A stretch of DNA of 64,000 nt from Raja brachyura (GCA_963514005.1 OY740781.1:170438001-170502000), one strand, 5' to 3'; counted from the first letter of the stretch, positions 49,458 to 61,949 are shown. Notes: generated by a model not told the origin, from the sequence alone. Numbers and translations: made by a program.

Positions 49458-50029
49458 ATTCCTCCATTCCTGCAGAAAAATGTCATGGCCATGGATAGGA
49501 CAGGTTTGGAGGGATATGGACCAAATGCAGGCTGGTAGGACTAGTGTAGCTGGGGCATGTTGGCCAGTGTGGGCAAGTTGAGCCGAAGGACCTGTTTCCA
49601 CGCTGTATCACTCTACCATATAACCATATAGTCGGGAAGGGAATGGAGGGGTATGGTCTGAGTGCAGGTAGATGGGACTAGGGGAAAGTAGATGGTCGGC
49701 ACAGACTGGAAGGGCCGAGAGGGCCTGTTTCCATGCTGTAATTGTTATATGGTTATATATGGTTATATTGTTAATTAGCTTCTGTTAATTCTAAGTTGTC
49801 CCTAGTGAATAGTTTCAGTGTAAAGGGTGATCGCTGGTCGGCGCCAGCTCAGGCTGAAGGCCCAGTTTGCTCTCCGTATCTCTAATCAACATATGATAAA
49901 TATAGTTTAATCAAGTTGCTACAAAGTGCCTTTGGACATTTAGTCTGTTTCCAATGCTACTGGCAACACTATTATTGTTGTCCTATTTTAACGATGCCTC
50001 AGAAAAGAAGCAAACATAATCAATTACTT

Positions 50030-50390
50030 GTTCCACCCTGGTCATTCCTCCTTCTCCCCGTTCCTGCCGGTCAAAAGACAGAAAAGCTTGAAAGAGCTCA
50101 CCACCAGACCCAGGAATAGCTTCTTCCGCTTTGTTATTATGTTTTTAAATGGTCCTTCCGTGAGCTAGGGTATCGTCTGATTCAGCTCAACCCTATTGCG
50201 GACATCGGACTTTGTCTCTGGGACAAGTGTGACATAATGCTGAGAACCATATTATCCACTCAGTAATTTTCTTAGTGATCTATCTACCGAAGTCGTGTTT
50301 GGCTTGATTGTATTCATGTACAGATTTTGAATTGCAAAAGAAAGATTTTCACTGTACCTCAGTGCACGTGACAATAATAAACCTGAACCT
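50030..50390 (+). mobile_element. Rex1-like 3' end
   Basis: HPGHSSFSP.PAG.R...RNSFF remnant; cacgtgacaataataaa tail. Confidence 0.7.
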
Positions 50391-50598
50391 CCCATTTAGT
50401 TAAGGCAGGTAACAAGGGTAGAGCTTCGAGCTAAACATACACATGATAGTGAAGTACACCCAACTAACAGCAGAGGTCAATTCAATTCAAAATCAATCCA
50501 GGATCTATTTGGGTGTTAGACATTGAATGTGAAGTAGAATCAGGAGTTACATAGATAGCATCTGTTAAAACACATGAGATTCAATCCTTGATCTAGAA

Positions 50599-51089
50599 CA
50601 GGGGTCGGCAAACTTTTCTGCCAAGTGCCAGGACATATGTCTGTGAGCGGAAGGCGGGCCACATCTATCACGTGTACACATGGATCCCACCCCGGATGGC
50701 AGGCATCAAATCACATAGATCCCGCCCCTTTGAGGACGCCACCCGGAGCACTGAGCTCAAATATCACACTCACTCGTCCCCAGCCAACTGGCAACCCCGA
50801 TCCCGACAGTGAAGCCCAGACACAGAAGGTGCGCGGCTGTGCTGGCGGTTTTGCGCAGGATGCGGTACAGCCAATTCATCTTCCAGGTACCAGAGGTAGA
50901 AAAGAATGCTGGAGGAACTCACTCCAGCATTTTTTTCCACCATCGATTTTTCCAGCATCTGCAGTTCTTTCTTAAGCATTCCAGGTACCGGGGAAGACGG
51001 AAGTCTGCAGGCCGGATGATTGAGGAAGGAAAAAAAACGCCTGCGGGCCAGGTGATTTCGGGTTACGAGCCGTAGGTTGCCGAGCCCTG
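50599..51089. mobile_element. hAT (Charlie/MER1-type) MITE with nested Penelope fragment
   Basis: TIRs caggggtcggcaa / ttgccgagccctg; 8-bp TSD atctagaa at 50591-50598 and 51090-51097; inner insertion flanked by ttccaggtacc (50881, 50979). Confidence 0.9.
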
Positions 51090-52029
51090 ATCTAGAAGAA
51101 GGATAGCTGCATGAATGCACACCATTGTCTACAGAAAGAATTATTTCTCAATACAATGGAATCTGTTCTTGGGAGTCTGTATTCCAAATGAATGTGGTCG
51201 AACATGTTCATGTTGGTTGGGATGTACTCCCAATGTAAATATGTAATTCAACATTAATGTTTACCATAGTCAAGATATTGAAGTCAAACATCTATTTTGT
51301 TACCTGCTCTTGTCTTTGGGCTTAAAAGGCATGAATCCTGTGGACGGGAAAATAAATCAGAAAGAGATGGAGCCTGGCGTGTACTTTCAGAACAAACGCT
51401 CTTTATTACAAAATGGCCAACTTGGGAGACACATGTCCTTGGGCAGATGCATTCTGTTTTAGGGCAGATGCTTTCAGATACAAAGCTTACATTGTTTTTT
51501 ATGCTGCCCCTACATTTTCCCTTTAATTTCAACCTTGCTTGCTCATTGAGCACATTCTGTAAGATAAAGGAATTAATGTTTATCATGCTATACTCAAGTG
51601 TGTAAGGTGCTGTAATAGCAGTGGATAGTTCCAGCTTACCACACGTACAATGTAAAATCCTACTCCCTCCCCTCTGCAGAGCCAGTGGAGTGGTTGCTGG
51701 GCAGTATCCGAGCATGGGCTCACTTAAGGTCACTTTCTATGCACCTGGTCGCTGAGACTGGTATGATCCAGTTTCAACCAGGTTTCAGTGAGGCCCCTCA
51801 CCCAATCTTGAGGATCATCTTTCATCTCAGGAATATCTCCTTTAGCCAACTGTCCATTTCAGCCCATTGTCTGCCTTGACCTATTGTCCTTCTACAAACC
51901 TCAGTGTACACGTTGAGTTCAGTGGGATTTATTCAAGATTCTCCTGAGAGAGAGATTATCCAAGATCATCTGTTTGTCATGTTGAACAAAGACTATCAAC
52001 ACCTACAGCTCCTGTCTCCTATGCTCCTG

Positions 52030-52796
52030 TCAGATTATTATTTAAATGGTGTCAAGTTGGGAAAAGGGAAAGTACAATGGAATCTGGGGGTCCTTGTTCA
52101 TCAGTCAATGAAAGTAAGCATGCAGGTGCAGCAGGCAGTGAAGAAAGCGAATGGCATGTTGGCCTTCATAACAAGAGGAGTTGAGGATAGGTGCAAAGAG
52201 GTCCTTCTGCAGTTGTATAGGGCACTAATGAAACCACAGCTGGAGTATTGTGTGCAGTTTTGGTCCACTAATTTGAGGAAGGACATTCTTGCTATTGAGG
52301 GAGTGCAGCTCAGGTTTACAAGGTTAATTCCCGGGATGGCGGGACTGTCATATGCTGAGAGAATGGCGCGGCTGGGCTTGTATACTCTGCAATTTAGAAG
52401 GATGAGAGGGCATTTATTGAAACATATAAGATTATTAAGGGTTTGGAAACACTAGAGGCAGAAGACATGTTCCCGATTTTGGGGGAGTCCAGAACCAGGC
52501 GCCACAGTTTAAGAATAAGGGATAAGCCATTTAGAACGGAGATGAGGAAACACTTTTTTACACAGAGTGGTGAGTCTGTGGAATTCTCTGCCTCAGAGGT
52601 TGGTTGAGGCTGGTTCTCTGGGTACTTTCAAGAGAAAGCTATATTGGGCTCTTAAAGAAAGTGGAGTCAGTGTATATGGGGATAAGGCAGGAACGGGGTA
52701 CTGAGTGGGGATGATCAGCCACGAACATAATGAATGGCGGTGCTGGCTCAAAGGGCTGAATGGCCTAGTCCTGCACCTATTGTCTATTGTCTATTT
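52030..52796 (+). mobile_element. CR1 (HER1-like) 3' region
   Basis: QQAVKKANGMLAFITRG, LEYCVQFWS; (tattgtc)n tail. Confidence 0.95.
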
Positions 52797-52916
52797 TCTC
52801 CAAGTGGCTCATACAAAATCACAACATTTGGGGGCTCAGTCGGGATATGGTCCTGATCTAATATGTGGCCAGTTACTTCAGCAGTCTAAGGGGGTAAATA
52901 TTTTTATGTGTAGCAC

Positions 52917-53005
52917 CCTGAAGAAAGGTCTTGACTAGAAATGCCCCATTCATTCTCTCCACAGATGCTGCCTGTCCCGCTGAGCTACTCTAGTTTTTTG
53001 TGTCT
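52917..53005 (+). mobile_element. Penelope-derived end with degenerate hammerhead core
   Basis: ctgaagaaaggtcttgactagaaatg...cagatgctgcctgtcccgctgag. Confidence 0.7.
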
Positions 53006-53161
53006 CACCCAATATTAAGATCTGTTCGGACCAATGATCATGGGATCATAACATCAATCAACATGGTGAAGGACTGGAGAGGAAGATGTAAGATGTGGTT
53101 ATCTGCCATTCTGACCAGCTATCAGGCAGCTGGCTTGTTTGGTGTGTTAAGGTCATCATTT

Positions 53162-53525
53162 GTGGAGGAAGGAACTGCAGATGCTGGTTTAAACCAAAGA
53201 CAGGCACAAAAAACTGGAGTAACTCAGTATGACAGGTATCATCTCTGGAGAGAAGGAATGGGCGACATTTTGGCTCGAGACTAGTTAAGACTAGTCAGGG
53301 TATAGGGAAACGTGAGATGTCGACAGTGATGTAGAGAGATATAGAACAAATGAATGAAAGATATGGAAAAAAAAGTAACAATGATAAAGGAAACAGGCCA
53401 TTGTTAGCTGTTTGCTAGGTGAGAACATGAACCTGGTGAGACTTGGGTGGGGGAGGGATGGAGGGAGAGGGAGCGCAGGGGTTAATTGAAGTTGGAGAAA
53501 TCAATATTCATACCCCTGGGTTGTG
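53162..53525 (-). mobile_element. Penelope 3' end
   Basis: Minus QPGV*ILISPT/GMNIDFSNF-type end followed by the PLE tail. Confidence 0.75.
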
Positions 53526-53639
53526 GTTCCCTGACCTTGAAGATCAGGATAATCAAGCCAAAAGAAAGAAGAGAAAAGTGACTGATTGAAATTGAAGGGA
53601 CATATACTTGTGTGAGATCATAAACTATGGGTAACTAGA

Positions 53640-54228
53640 TCTGGCAGTCTAAAGTCCCCGCCGCAAGAAGATCTAAAGTCCCCGCCGCGCCGTTGACCGC
53701 AGGGCCGGTGGTCAGAGCTCCTCTCCAGGGATCCCACTCTGGAAGGTAAGTCCCCGCCTCGCCCACGGTTAGAAGTTGGCCGCGGGCCGGCGGTCGGAGC
53801 TCTTCTCCTCCGGGGTCCCCAACGAGGGATCCCAGGCTCCGGACGCCGCGCCAGCTGGAGCTCCGCAGACCGCGGCTTCAGGCTGCCACGGGCCAGCGAA
53901 TGGTGCGCCCCCCTCCGGCGAGGACTCGCCCGCTCTGTGATGAAAGAGTCCACGCTGCGCCCACTGCTAAAGCCACGGGTGCGTCTCCGGGAAAGGCCGC
54001 ACCAATCCTCTATGTTAGGGCACGAAAGAGGCAACATGGGAAAAGTCGCCTCTCCCTGGAGGAGGCGACCAAAGCAGTTTCCCCCTTACCCCTCATCACC
54101 ACCCCACACAAGACACACAGAGAAACATTAAAAACACACATTGAGACACATTAAAAAATGAAAAATAGTAGAAAAAACTAACACGCTACTGGCAGGGCAG
54201 CCGGCTCGCAGCTCCCCACCCACCACAT
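53640..54228 (-). mobile_element. GC-rich non-autonomous element, family G1 (3'-truncated)
   Basis: Same head / T-rich / G-rich / GC-body organisation as 15162-15925. Confidence 0.6.
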
Positions 54229-54874
54229 CAGCTGTGCTGGGTCCCTTTCGGTGGTGGAACAAGCAAGTGACAAAATATACCAGAGGGTCCCATCAGGAAG
54301 AGCTCATTACAATCATTCAGGTATAAATAATCTTAATCGTCCCCCGCCAAAGACTGATCGAAAGGACATACCAACAGACTTTAGGTAATGCGGACATGGA
54401 CATTGCTCAAACATGGCCTACAACATGAATTATTACAAGTGATTTCAGCCTGAGACAAGTTCCCAGTGGATGCGCTGTGCATGACTATCAGCATATTTAA
54501 CAAGAGGGAATCCTTGGTTAAGGAAGAAGGCACCTGTGTAATAACTGGTTCAAAAGAGTTTATTGTTAATTATGTTGTTCTGTTCCCACTTCCTCTGGAA
54601 GACAGGAATGGGACATTCATTTCGTAAAGATGGCTGACAATGTGCTGTAGTTTGTAAATCAACATTATTGCAAACTCAAAATTTTACTAATGGAAAATGA
54701 CGACTTTACTTCTACTTTGGAACACATTTTATGGTCTCTCCACAATCCATATCGCTAAAATCGTATTTTTCTCCAAAGCATCACCATAATTACTGTGATA
54801 TTATTCAGAGTCCAAAGTTTATTAAGCATTGATGACACATAAATATTCTGATTATGCCTCTGTTGCCATGCTGT

Positions 54875-55108
54875 GAGAACGGAGAGGATGAGGAGTTTCT
54901 TCCCAGAGGCCATTCGGACTGTAAACTCCTATCTCACCAGGGACTAACTCTACTAACTTACTGTACCACAATACCGCCCACAATATTTATATGAAAAAGA
55001 ACATGTGATTCTGTTTGTAATTTATTGGTTATTTGCCACTGCCACTTTTCATTTCACTGCACATCCCGTATGTGTATGTGACGAATAAACTTGACTTGAT
55101 TTGACTTG
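54875..55108 (+). mobile_element. Rex1-like extreme 3' end
   Basis: ERMRSFFPEAIRTVN-like remnant; gtgacgaataaa followed by (cttga)n. Confidence 0.7.
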
Positions 55109-55321
55109 TACTTCATAGTGCTGAAAATCAAAAAGCTAATATAGTTGACAACAGCCATTAGTTTCATCTCATCCATTTCCAGAAACTCTGCTCTCACTCC
55201 CTTTCATCCTGGACAGAGCACGGATAGAGTTTCCCTGGTCCTCTCTTCCCATTCCACCAGACTCTTGATTTCAATGGATTATCCTTCACAATGTTAACCA
55301 CCTTCAAAGTGATTCCACCAT

Positions 55322-55632
55322 CATTTCTCATTTCTTCCAAAAGGGCCGTTTCTAACATATTACCAATCCACATTTTGAGTGTTGGTATAGTAGCCTTTTT
55401 CCAGAATTTGAGTCTGAATTTTTTCGTTATTATTAAACCATAATTAATAAATGAGATTTGGGATATATTTAATTTGTTTCCATCTCCTAATACTCCAAAT
55501 ATAATCATTTCCATGCTAGGTTCCATTTTTATCTTAAATAAACTAGTGAAAATATCAAATATATCACACCAAAATCTTTGACGTTTTGTGCAAGAAACGA
55601 AAGAATGTGTGAAGTTGGCATTTTGAGAAACA
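55322..55632 (-). mobile_element. L1-clade ORF2 C-terminal fragment
   Basis: THSFVSCTKRQRFW...IIFGV...GLIITKK..LKFWKK..IPTLKMWI..MLETALLEEMR. Confidence 0.8.
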
Positions 55633-55930
55633 ATGATATTTACTAGCAGTTATATTCTCAGGCATTGTTAGAGCTTATGAATTTGGTCTTCCTTCGTGGC
55701 AGAAACTGTACCATGAGAAGTAAATCTCATCCATGTAAATAGGTATTAAATAGTGATTAAGACCAAGGCCGATTGTGTAAAGTATAATACATGAGTCACA
55801 ACAATTGCTTGGATGGGAAATACTGCGGGAAGGCAGTGAGATGATGGGAGAGTGGTCCCAAGAGTTAATGAGCAATTGATCTCTTTGGGATGCAACGAAA
55901 GGAAGTAAAAGGGAGATATGGAGACACAAG

Positions 55931-55984
55931 GGGGTGGAAGATTGCAACCTTCACGGGGTCTGCCCCGTTTCGACTAATGCGATC
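55931..55984 (+). ncRNA. Predicted minimal HDV-like (CPEB3-type) ribozyme, copy B
   Basis: GGGGTGG aa GATTGCA ACC TTCACGG GGT CTGCCCC G tttcga CTAA TGCGATC; all four helices pair allowing G-U. Confidence 0.7.
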
Positions 55985-56068
55985 AACTCGATGTGCACAA
56001 ACGGAAGATCAAGTAGAACAAGTAGAACAACAACTTTAGGCTGTGCACATCACAAAAGAAGAAGAAGA
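55931..56068 (+). mobile_element. ~140-bp non-autonomous retroposon with HDV-like ribozyme head and (GAA)n tail, copy B
   Basis: Homologous to 12482-12619; TSD ggagaca(c/t)aagg at 55920-55931 and 56069-56080. Confidence 0.8.
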
Positions 56069-56191
56069 GGAGACATAAGGAACTGCTGATGCTGAAATCT
56101 TGAAAAAAAACAACAAAATAAGGTCATAAGGTCATAAGTGACAGGAGCAGAATGCGGCCATTCGACTCATCAAGTCTACTTCGCCATTCGC

Positions 56192-57027
56192 TACAGTGCC
56201 CGGAAGTGCCGGCGCTGCCTTGCAGTTCCGGCTCGCCTGCAGTCCATTTTGTCTTTCTTTTTTTTGTTTTCTTTTTGTCCCGTTTCAGTATATTTTAGTT
56301 TATTTTGGTTGTGTATGTGTCGGGGGGGGGGGGGGGGGGGGGTAGAAGAAACATGTTTTTGGGCTCTTCCTTCGGGGGGATGCAACATTTTCTTTTCATA
56401 TCCCCTGTATCTGTCTCCGTCTGCACTGAGGCCTAATGGCGGAGCTGGCAGCCTCCAACTGGGACCGACCTCGAGGCTCCAGAAGCAGAGCCAGGACTTG
56501 CTTACCATCGCAAGGCTGGCTGACTTCGGGGCTGTGGTGGCGTTGCGGCGGCGGCGACCCGACTTCGGAACCTCGGAGGCTCGGCCGCGGGCCCAGTGGA
56601 CAACATCGTTGGGAGCTCGCAGGTCCTAGGTTGATGCCCGGTTTGCTGGAGCTCCCGCAACGACAGCTTCGTCCGCTGGACTGGAGGGCGGCAGCTTCGG
56701 CAGGGTCGACCGCCCCGGGCCGCGGAGTTTGAACCGGCCCATTTGCGGAGCTCGGATTCAGCCGCGGGAATTACCAACACCCGGTGGGGTCCCAACATCG
56801 GAACCCTGGATCGCCTCAACGCAGAGGGAGAAGAAGGAAGGAAGAGACAAGGACTTTAAGACTTTTGCCTTCCATCACAGTGAGGAGGTGCCTGGTAGAC
56901 TCACTGTGGAGGATGTTAAACAGTGTTAAGTGTGTGTTTTGTTATTTTATTCTATGTTATGACTGCATGGTTCACAATTTTGTTCAGACTGAAATGTCTG
57001 AATGACAATAAAGGATACTTTCTTAGA
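56192..57027 (+). mobile_element. GC-rich non-autonomous element, family G1, inserted in an antisense CR1 tail
   Basis: gccggcgctgcc...ctcgcctgcag head, G-run, hairpin at 56871-56913, aatgacaataaa tail. Confidence 0.7.
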
Positions 57028-58119
57028 TTCAATCATTGCTGATCTATCTCTCCCTCCTAATACCATTCACCTGCCTTATCCCCATAACCCTGAGGGTGCT
57101 GGAAAGAGAGATATATCTGATAGAGAGCTCACGTTGGACGCAGCGGAAATAACGAGAAGTCGAATATGGAAGATGTGAACATCAGGCAACTGAGAGGAGA
57201 GAAATTTGGCCAAGGATCTTGTAAACAAAAGAGGAAAGTACTCCTCAACCTAGAAGAACATTTTGGCAGTTGTAATATGGCAGTACACAATCATTTAGTT
57301 TTGGATATTCAACTCATGACAAGATATGAGCAACTTGCTGAAGCTGGAATTTATTCAAGCCAGTTTGTGAGTGCAATTTTCATCATGATGGACTTTAGTA
57401 CCTACCACAGTGAACATTTCAAACTTCAGTTATCTGGAACTGCAAACCACAGTAAACAAGGCAAACACTGGCGATTAAAATCAAACCAAATGTTCCATCC
57501 ATCAATATTTAAGATCATCCCCCAGACAGTAAAACTCCAGAAATTTTTTTACTGCATGAAGTATAATCAGTGCACTACATTCCATGCTGTGCTGCAAATG
57601 GATCAATAAAATTTTATAGTCCTGATACATCCTATTAAAATATATATAGAATTTTGTTTAGCTATCTTGTGCACACTAAAATTTGATCAAGAAATAACAT
57701 TTATGACGGTCATAAATATATTTTAAAGGACATGCTTACCAGTAATATGTTGTTGATGGTACTGATTTTCATTCTATGTGGTAGCTGGAAATGGGCAGTA
57801 GTTGATGGCTTGCCTGCAGCGCTGTACATTTTCCTGTGACTTCAGTTCTACTTACAGTGGAAAAGAGTTCTATTGGTACATATGATTTAGTAATCAACCA
57901 TTTCCTCAGTAATGGTACATAATTAATGATAAAAGAACCTGACTTGAATAACTGCATTTCCGTGGCAAATCAAGTTCAAATCTCCCAATAATTTGAACTA
58001 AAATGGTTCAAAATAAGCTGCAAATTTCAAGCAATCGAGGCAGGCAACATGGAAACAGTCCATTCGGCCCACCATATGCATGCCAGCCACTAATATTAAT
58101 CTCATCTTTAAGCAGTTGT

Positions 58120-58428
58120 TTTAGTTTAGTTTAGAGATGCAGTGTGAAAACAGGCCCTTCGGCCCACTGAGTCCACACCGATAAGTAATCCCTGCACATT
58201 AACACTATCCTACACACACTAGGGATAATTTGCATTTATATCAAGCTAATTAATCTACAAACTGAACGTCTTTGGAGTGCGGGAGGAAACCGAAGATCTC
58301 AGAGAAAAGCCACGCAGATCAGGGGGAGAACGTACAAACTCCGTACAGACAGCCCCCTTAGTCAGGATTGAACCCCGGTCTCCGGCGCTGTAAGGCAGTA
58401 GCTCTACCGCTGTGCCACCGTGTTGCCC
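58120..58428 (-). mobile_element. HE1-like V-SINE, near full length
   Basis: Antisense (tttag)n, V-core, ggattgaaccc, ctaccgctgtgccaccgtg. Confidence 0.9.
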
Positions 58429-58737
58429 TCTCTTGATTTAAAAAAATCAGGACTCCTGGCACTAGCCAAATTAAGTGGTCATCCAGACACCTTTTAAATG
58501 GTGTCTGTGACTCTGCTTCCGTCACTCTCTTTGGCAGTACACTCCGAATGCTCTCCAATCTAGGTGAAAAAGGTCTGCCTCAGATCCACTAAACTGGTAT
58601 TAGGCAAAATAATTGGTAGTAATATGAATTTGAATTAGTGAACTAGTATTAGACACATTAATGGGGCTAAACCTAACATGTAACCTTAGCCTGAAAGTTT
58701 GCATCCAAGAATCCTAAAAATAGTTATCCAGTAGAAA

Positions 58738-59088
58738 GAATTATGAGAGGCACAGATAGGATAGACAGCGAGAACCTTTACCCTAGGATGGAGATGCCAA
58801 ATACTAGCGGGCATTATTTCAAGGTGAAAGGGGCAAAGTTGAAAGGAGTTGTACAGGGCCCATTTTGTACACAGATGTCGGTGGGTGCCAGGAAGGTGTT
58901 GCCTGGGATGGTGGTGGAGTTAAATATGAAAGGGCCCTTTAAGAGGCTTTGAGAAAAGCGCATGGATACAGAAGGAATGGACGGATATGGCTGAAGAGGA
59001 GGCAAGGGAGATTAATTTAAGTTGGTATCATGTTCAGCACGGACATAGTGGGCCGAAGGTGTGTTCCTATGTTGTACTCTTCTATGTA
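58738..59088 (+). mobile_element. CR1 3' fragment
   Basis: MRGTDRID...TSGHYFKV; gggccgaagg tail. Confidence 0.82.
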
Positions 59089-59239
59089 AGATGATGGTTT
59101 GTAAGATACTTGTTTATAAACGTCCAATAATCATTAGATATTTGAGAAGTTCCAGATTGGGATTGGAATACTTCAATCTGAAGGTTCAAAAAGGGAAGGG
59201 AAGCAAAAAGTGGGATACTAGTGGGCAATTTGTCTAGCA

Positions 59240-60430
59240 TGCATTGTTGAAAACAATTTTAGAAACAATTACTGAGGAAGTACTGGGAGAACATTTGGAA
59301 AATCATAATCTAAATCAATAGAGTTAAAAAATGGTTCATGATGAGAACTTGGTGCTGGGAAATTTATTAGAATTCTTATTGAGTAAGTCTCCAAGAAAGT
59401 GGCTGGAGGGGAGCCAGTAGATGTATTGAATAGGAACTTCCATAAGACATTCGATCTCAGAAATGGTTTAGTTACAAGATAAGAGCCCTTGGTGTTTGAA
59501 GTTACATTTTGGTATTGATAGAAGATTGGCTCACATGTAGGAAGCAGCAGCAACAAACAAGGTGAGATGGAGGAAGGGGGGGAGACATTTCAAGTTGATA
59601 TCCTGTGACTAGTGGGGCACGAAAGGGATCAGTCCTGATTTAGTGGAAGAAGCAATATACAGCTGCCAAATTTGTTGACAAACCAAATCTAGATGGGAAG
59701 ACAAGGTAAAAGGAGGTTTCAAAGAGTTTACAAGCCAATGATGATGGGCTAAGGGGAGGTTAAAAGATTGGCAAAGAGGTGTATAATGTGGTAAAATCTG
59801 AAGTTGCTGACTTAGGAAGGAAGAACCAAGGAACAAGATTTTTTTAATTATCTAAATGGAGTAAATCTGCAGAAAGCAGCTGCTCAAAGGGATTTATGAG
59901 TTCTTGAGCAGATATTTGGGAAGGCTAATGAAACATTGCCAGGGTGTCCCGGAAGGAACAGGGTGGCACGGAAAGGCAGCACGGTGCTGCCTTACAACGC
60001 TTACAGCACCAGACACCCAGGTTCGATCCTGACTACAGTGTTGTCTGTACAGAGTTCGTACATTCTCCCCGTGACTGCGTGGGTTTTCCCTGATATCTTC
60101 AGTTTCTTCCCACACTCCAAAGATGACAGGTTTGTAGATTAATTGGCTTGGCATAAGTATAAATTGTCCCTAGTGTATGTAGGATGGTGTTAATGTGCAG
60201 GGTTCCCTTGTCGGTGTGGACTCGGTGGGCCAAAGGGCCTGTTTCCGCACTATCTCTAAAACTAAAATAGCAAATTGACCCTTCTTTCAGTTGGGCGAGG
60301 GGAGGGTTGAAATATACAAATAGACAAATATTAATGTAACTGTACAAGGCACTGGTGAGACCACATCTGGAGTACTGCAAACAATTTTTGTCAATCTATT
60401 TCAGGATAGATATTATTTATTTGGAGGTCT
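59240..60430 (+). mobile_element. Old CR1 RT fragment interrupted by a SINE
   Basis: QNGS/NLLEF/VDV..NFHKTFD remnants; resumes at ~60290 with LYKALVRPHLEYC. Confidence 0.65.
59960..60268 (+). mobile_element. HE1-like V-SINE
   Basis: ggttcgatcc B box, V-core, aaactaaa tail. Confidence 0.88.
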
Positions 60431-60664
60431 TTCTGAGGAGAGGAAACCAAAGCATGTGAAAGAAACCCTGCTCAACCTATGATAGAAAGAATGTGGAGGC
60501 CATTGGGAGGTACTTGACCAACTGTTTATAAACATTGGGATAGTCCCACCTCAACTACCTCCTCTGGCAGCTTGTTCCATGCACCCACCACCCTTGGCAT
60601 GAAAAGGTTATCCCTCAGATTCCTATAAAATGTTTTCCCCTTCACCTTTAATTTATGTTGCATT

Positions 60665-61185
60665 GTATTCTCTGGAGTCAGAAGTTGAGGGGAAATCTGA
60701 CAAAAGTATGTAATATTATGAGAGGCAGAGATAGGATAGCCAGTGAGAACCTTTCTCCCAGGGTGGAAATGTCAATGACGAGAGAGGATAGTTTTACGTT
60801 GGGGTAGGGGAATTTATAGGAGATGTATGGAGCAAATTATTTCACAAAGGGATCGGTGGGTTCCAGGAACACGCTGCCGGGGGTAGCTGTAGAAGCAGAT
60901 ACAATTACGGTATTTCAGAGATTTCTAGATAGACAATAGACAATAGACAATAGGTGCAGGAGTAGGCCATTCGGCCCTTCGAGCCAGCGCCGCCATTCAA
61001 TGTGATCATGGCTGATCATCCCCAATCAGTACCCAGTTCAGGCCATACATGGATATGCAGGAAATGGCGGGATATGGATCACGACCAGGCAGAGGAGATT
61101 AGTTTAATGTGGCATCAAGTTCAGCACAGACATTATGGGCTGATGGGTCAGTTCCTTGCACTATATTTGCACTGTATGTTCTATA
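60665..61185 (+). mobile_element. CR1 3' fragment with a nested antisense CR1 tail (60928-61040)
   Basis: Sense CR1 remnant interrupted by (tagacaa)n-gtgcaggagtaggccattcggccc. Confidence 0.8.
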
Positions 61186-61232
61186 TTATTATCAATGTAT
61201 CATAGCAGCAAGATGAAAGTAGTCACTGACAG

Positions 61233-61460
61233 TATAGAATAGAATAAAATAGAATGCCTTTTATTGTCATTCAAACAGCTCGGTTTGAACGAAATTGCAT
61301 TTTCTACAGTCTTACATTACAAAAAAAACACAAGACCCACACTTAACACAGTTTACACAAACATCCATCACAGTGAATCTCTAACACCTCCTCACTGTGA
61401 TGGAAGGCAACAGTCTTATCTCTTCCCTTTGTTCTTCTCCTGCGGTCCATCAGTCCAACT
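61233..61460 (-). mobile_element. Family G1 3' fragment
   Basis: Perfect 13-bp hairpin at 61364-61404; aatgacaataaa followed by (tattc)n on the minus strand. Confidence 0.7.
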
Positions 61461-61949
61461 GCAACGTCATGGTGAACATGGGTGATCGTGTGGAGAAGGT
61501 TGCAGACCAACTTACCTCTTAGTTATGTTACGGTTACAGACTGATAGGTCACTGATGTATTACACTGGGGTTGAGTTAGAACCCATTAATAACTATTTTT
61601 CTGTGGGTATGTGGATGGTGCCAAATTATGTAGCAGAGGAAAAAACATACTTAGTGTATGACTAACCAAAGTGGTTCTCGATGTGTGGGGGACTGAGCCG
61701 GTGATTGACCGATCATGTTTAATATTGAGATGTACATGTGAAGGTCAATACTGAACATACATCATAAATATAACCAAAAGCAAAAAAAAACTAGTATCGT
61801 TAACAATAGTGGAGAGAAAGCTGACCTTGGTTTGCTTATTATGTATATTAGGATTTTGTGGGGATAGTATTAATGATATCATTCCTGTGCCTTGACTAGA
61901 GATAGTCAAGGTCTTTGAAGCATTTTGAAGGACAGGGATCATGGTTGCC

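Noticed and set aside
57166-57609. 147-aa ATG-initiated ORF in unique sequence
   Set aside because: No recognisable domain, promoter or splice context; cannot be supported without expression or homology data.
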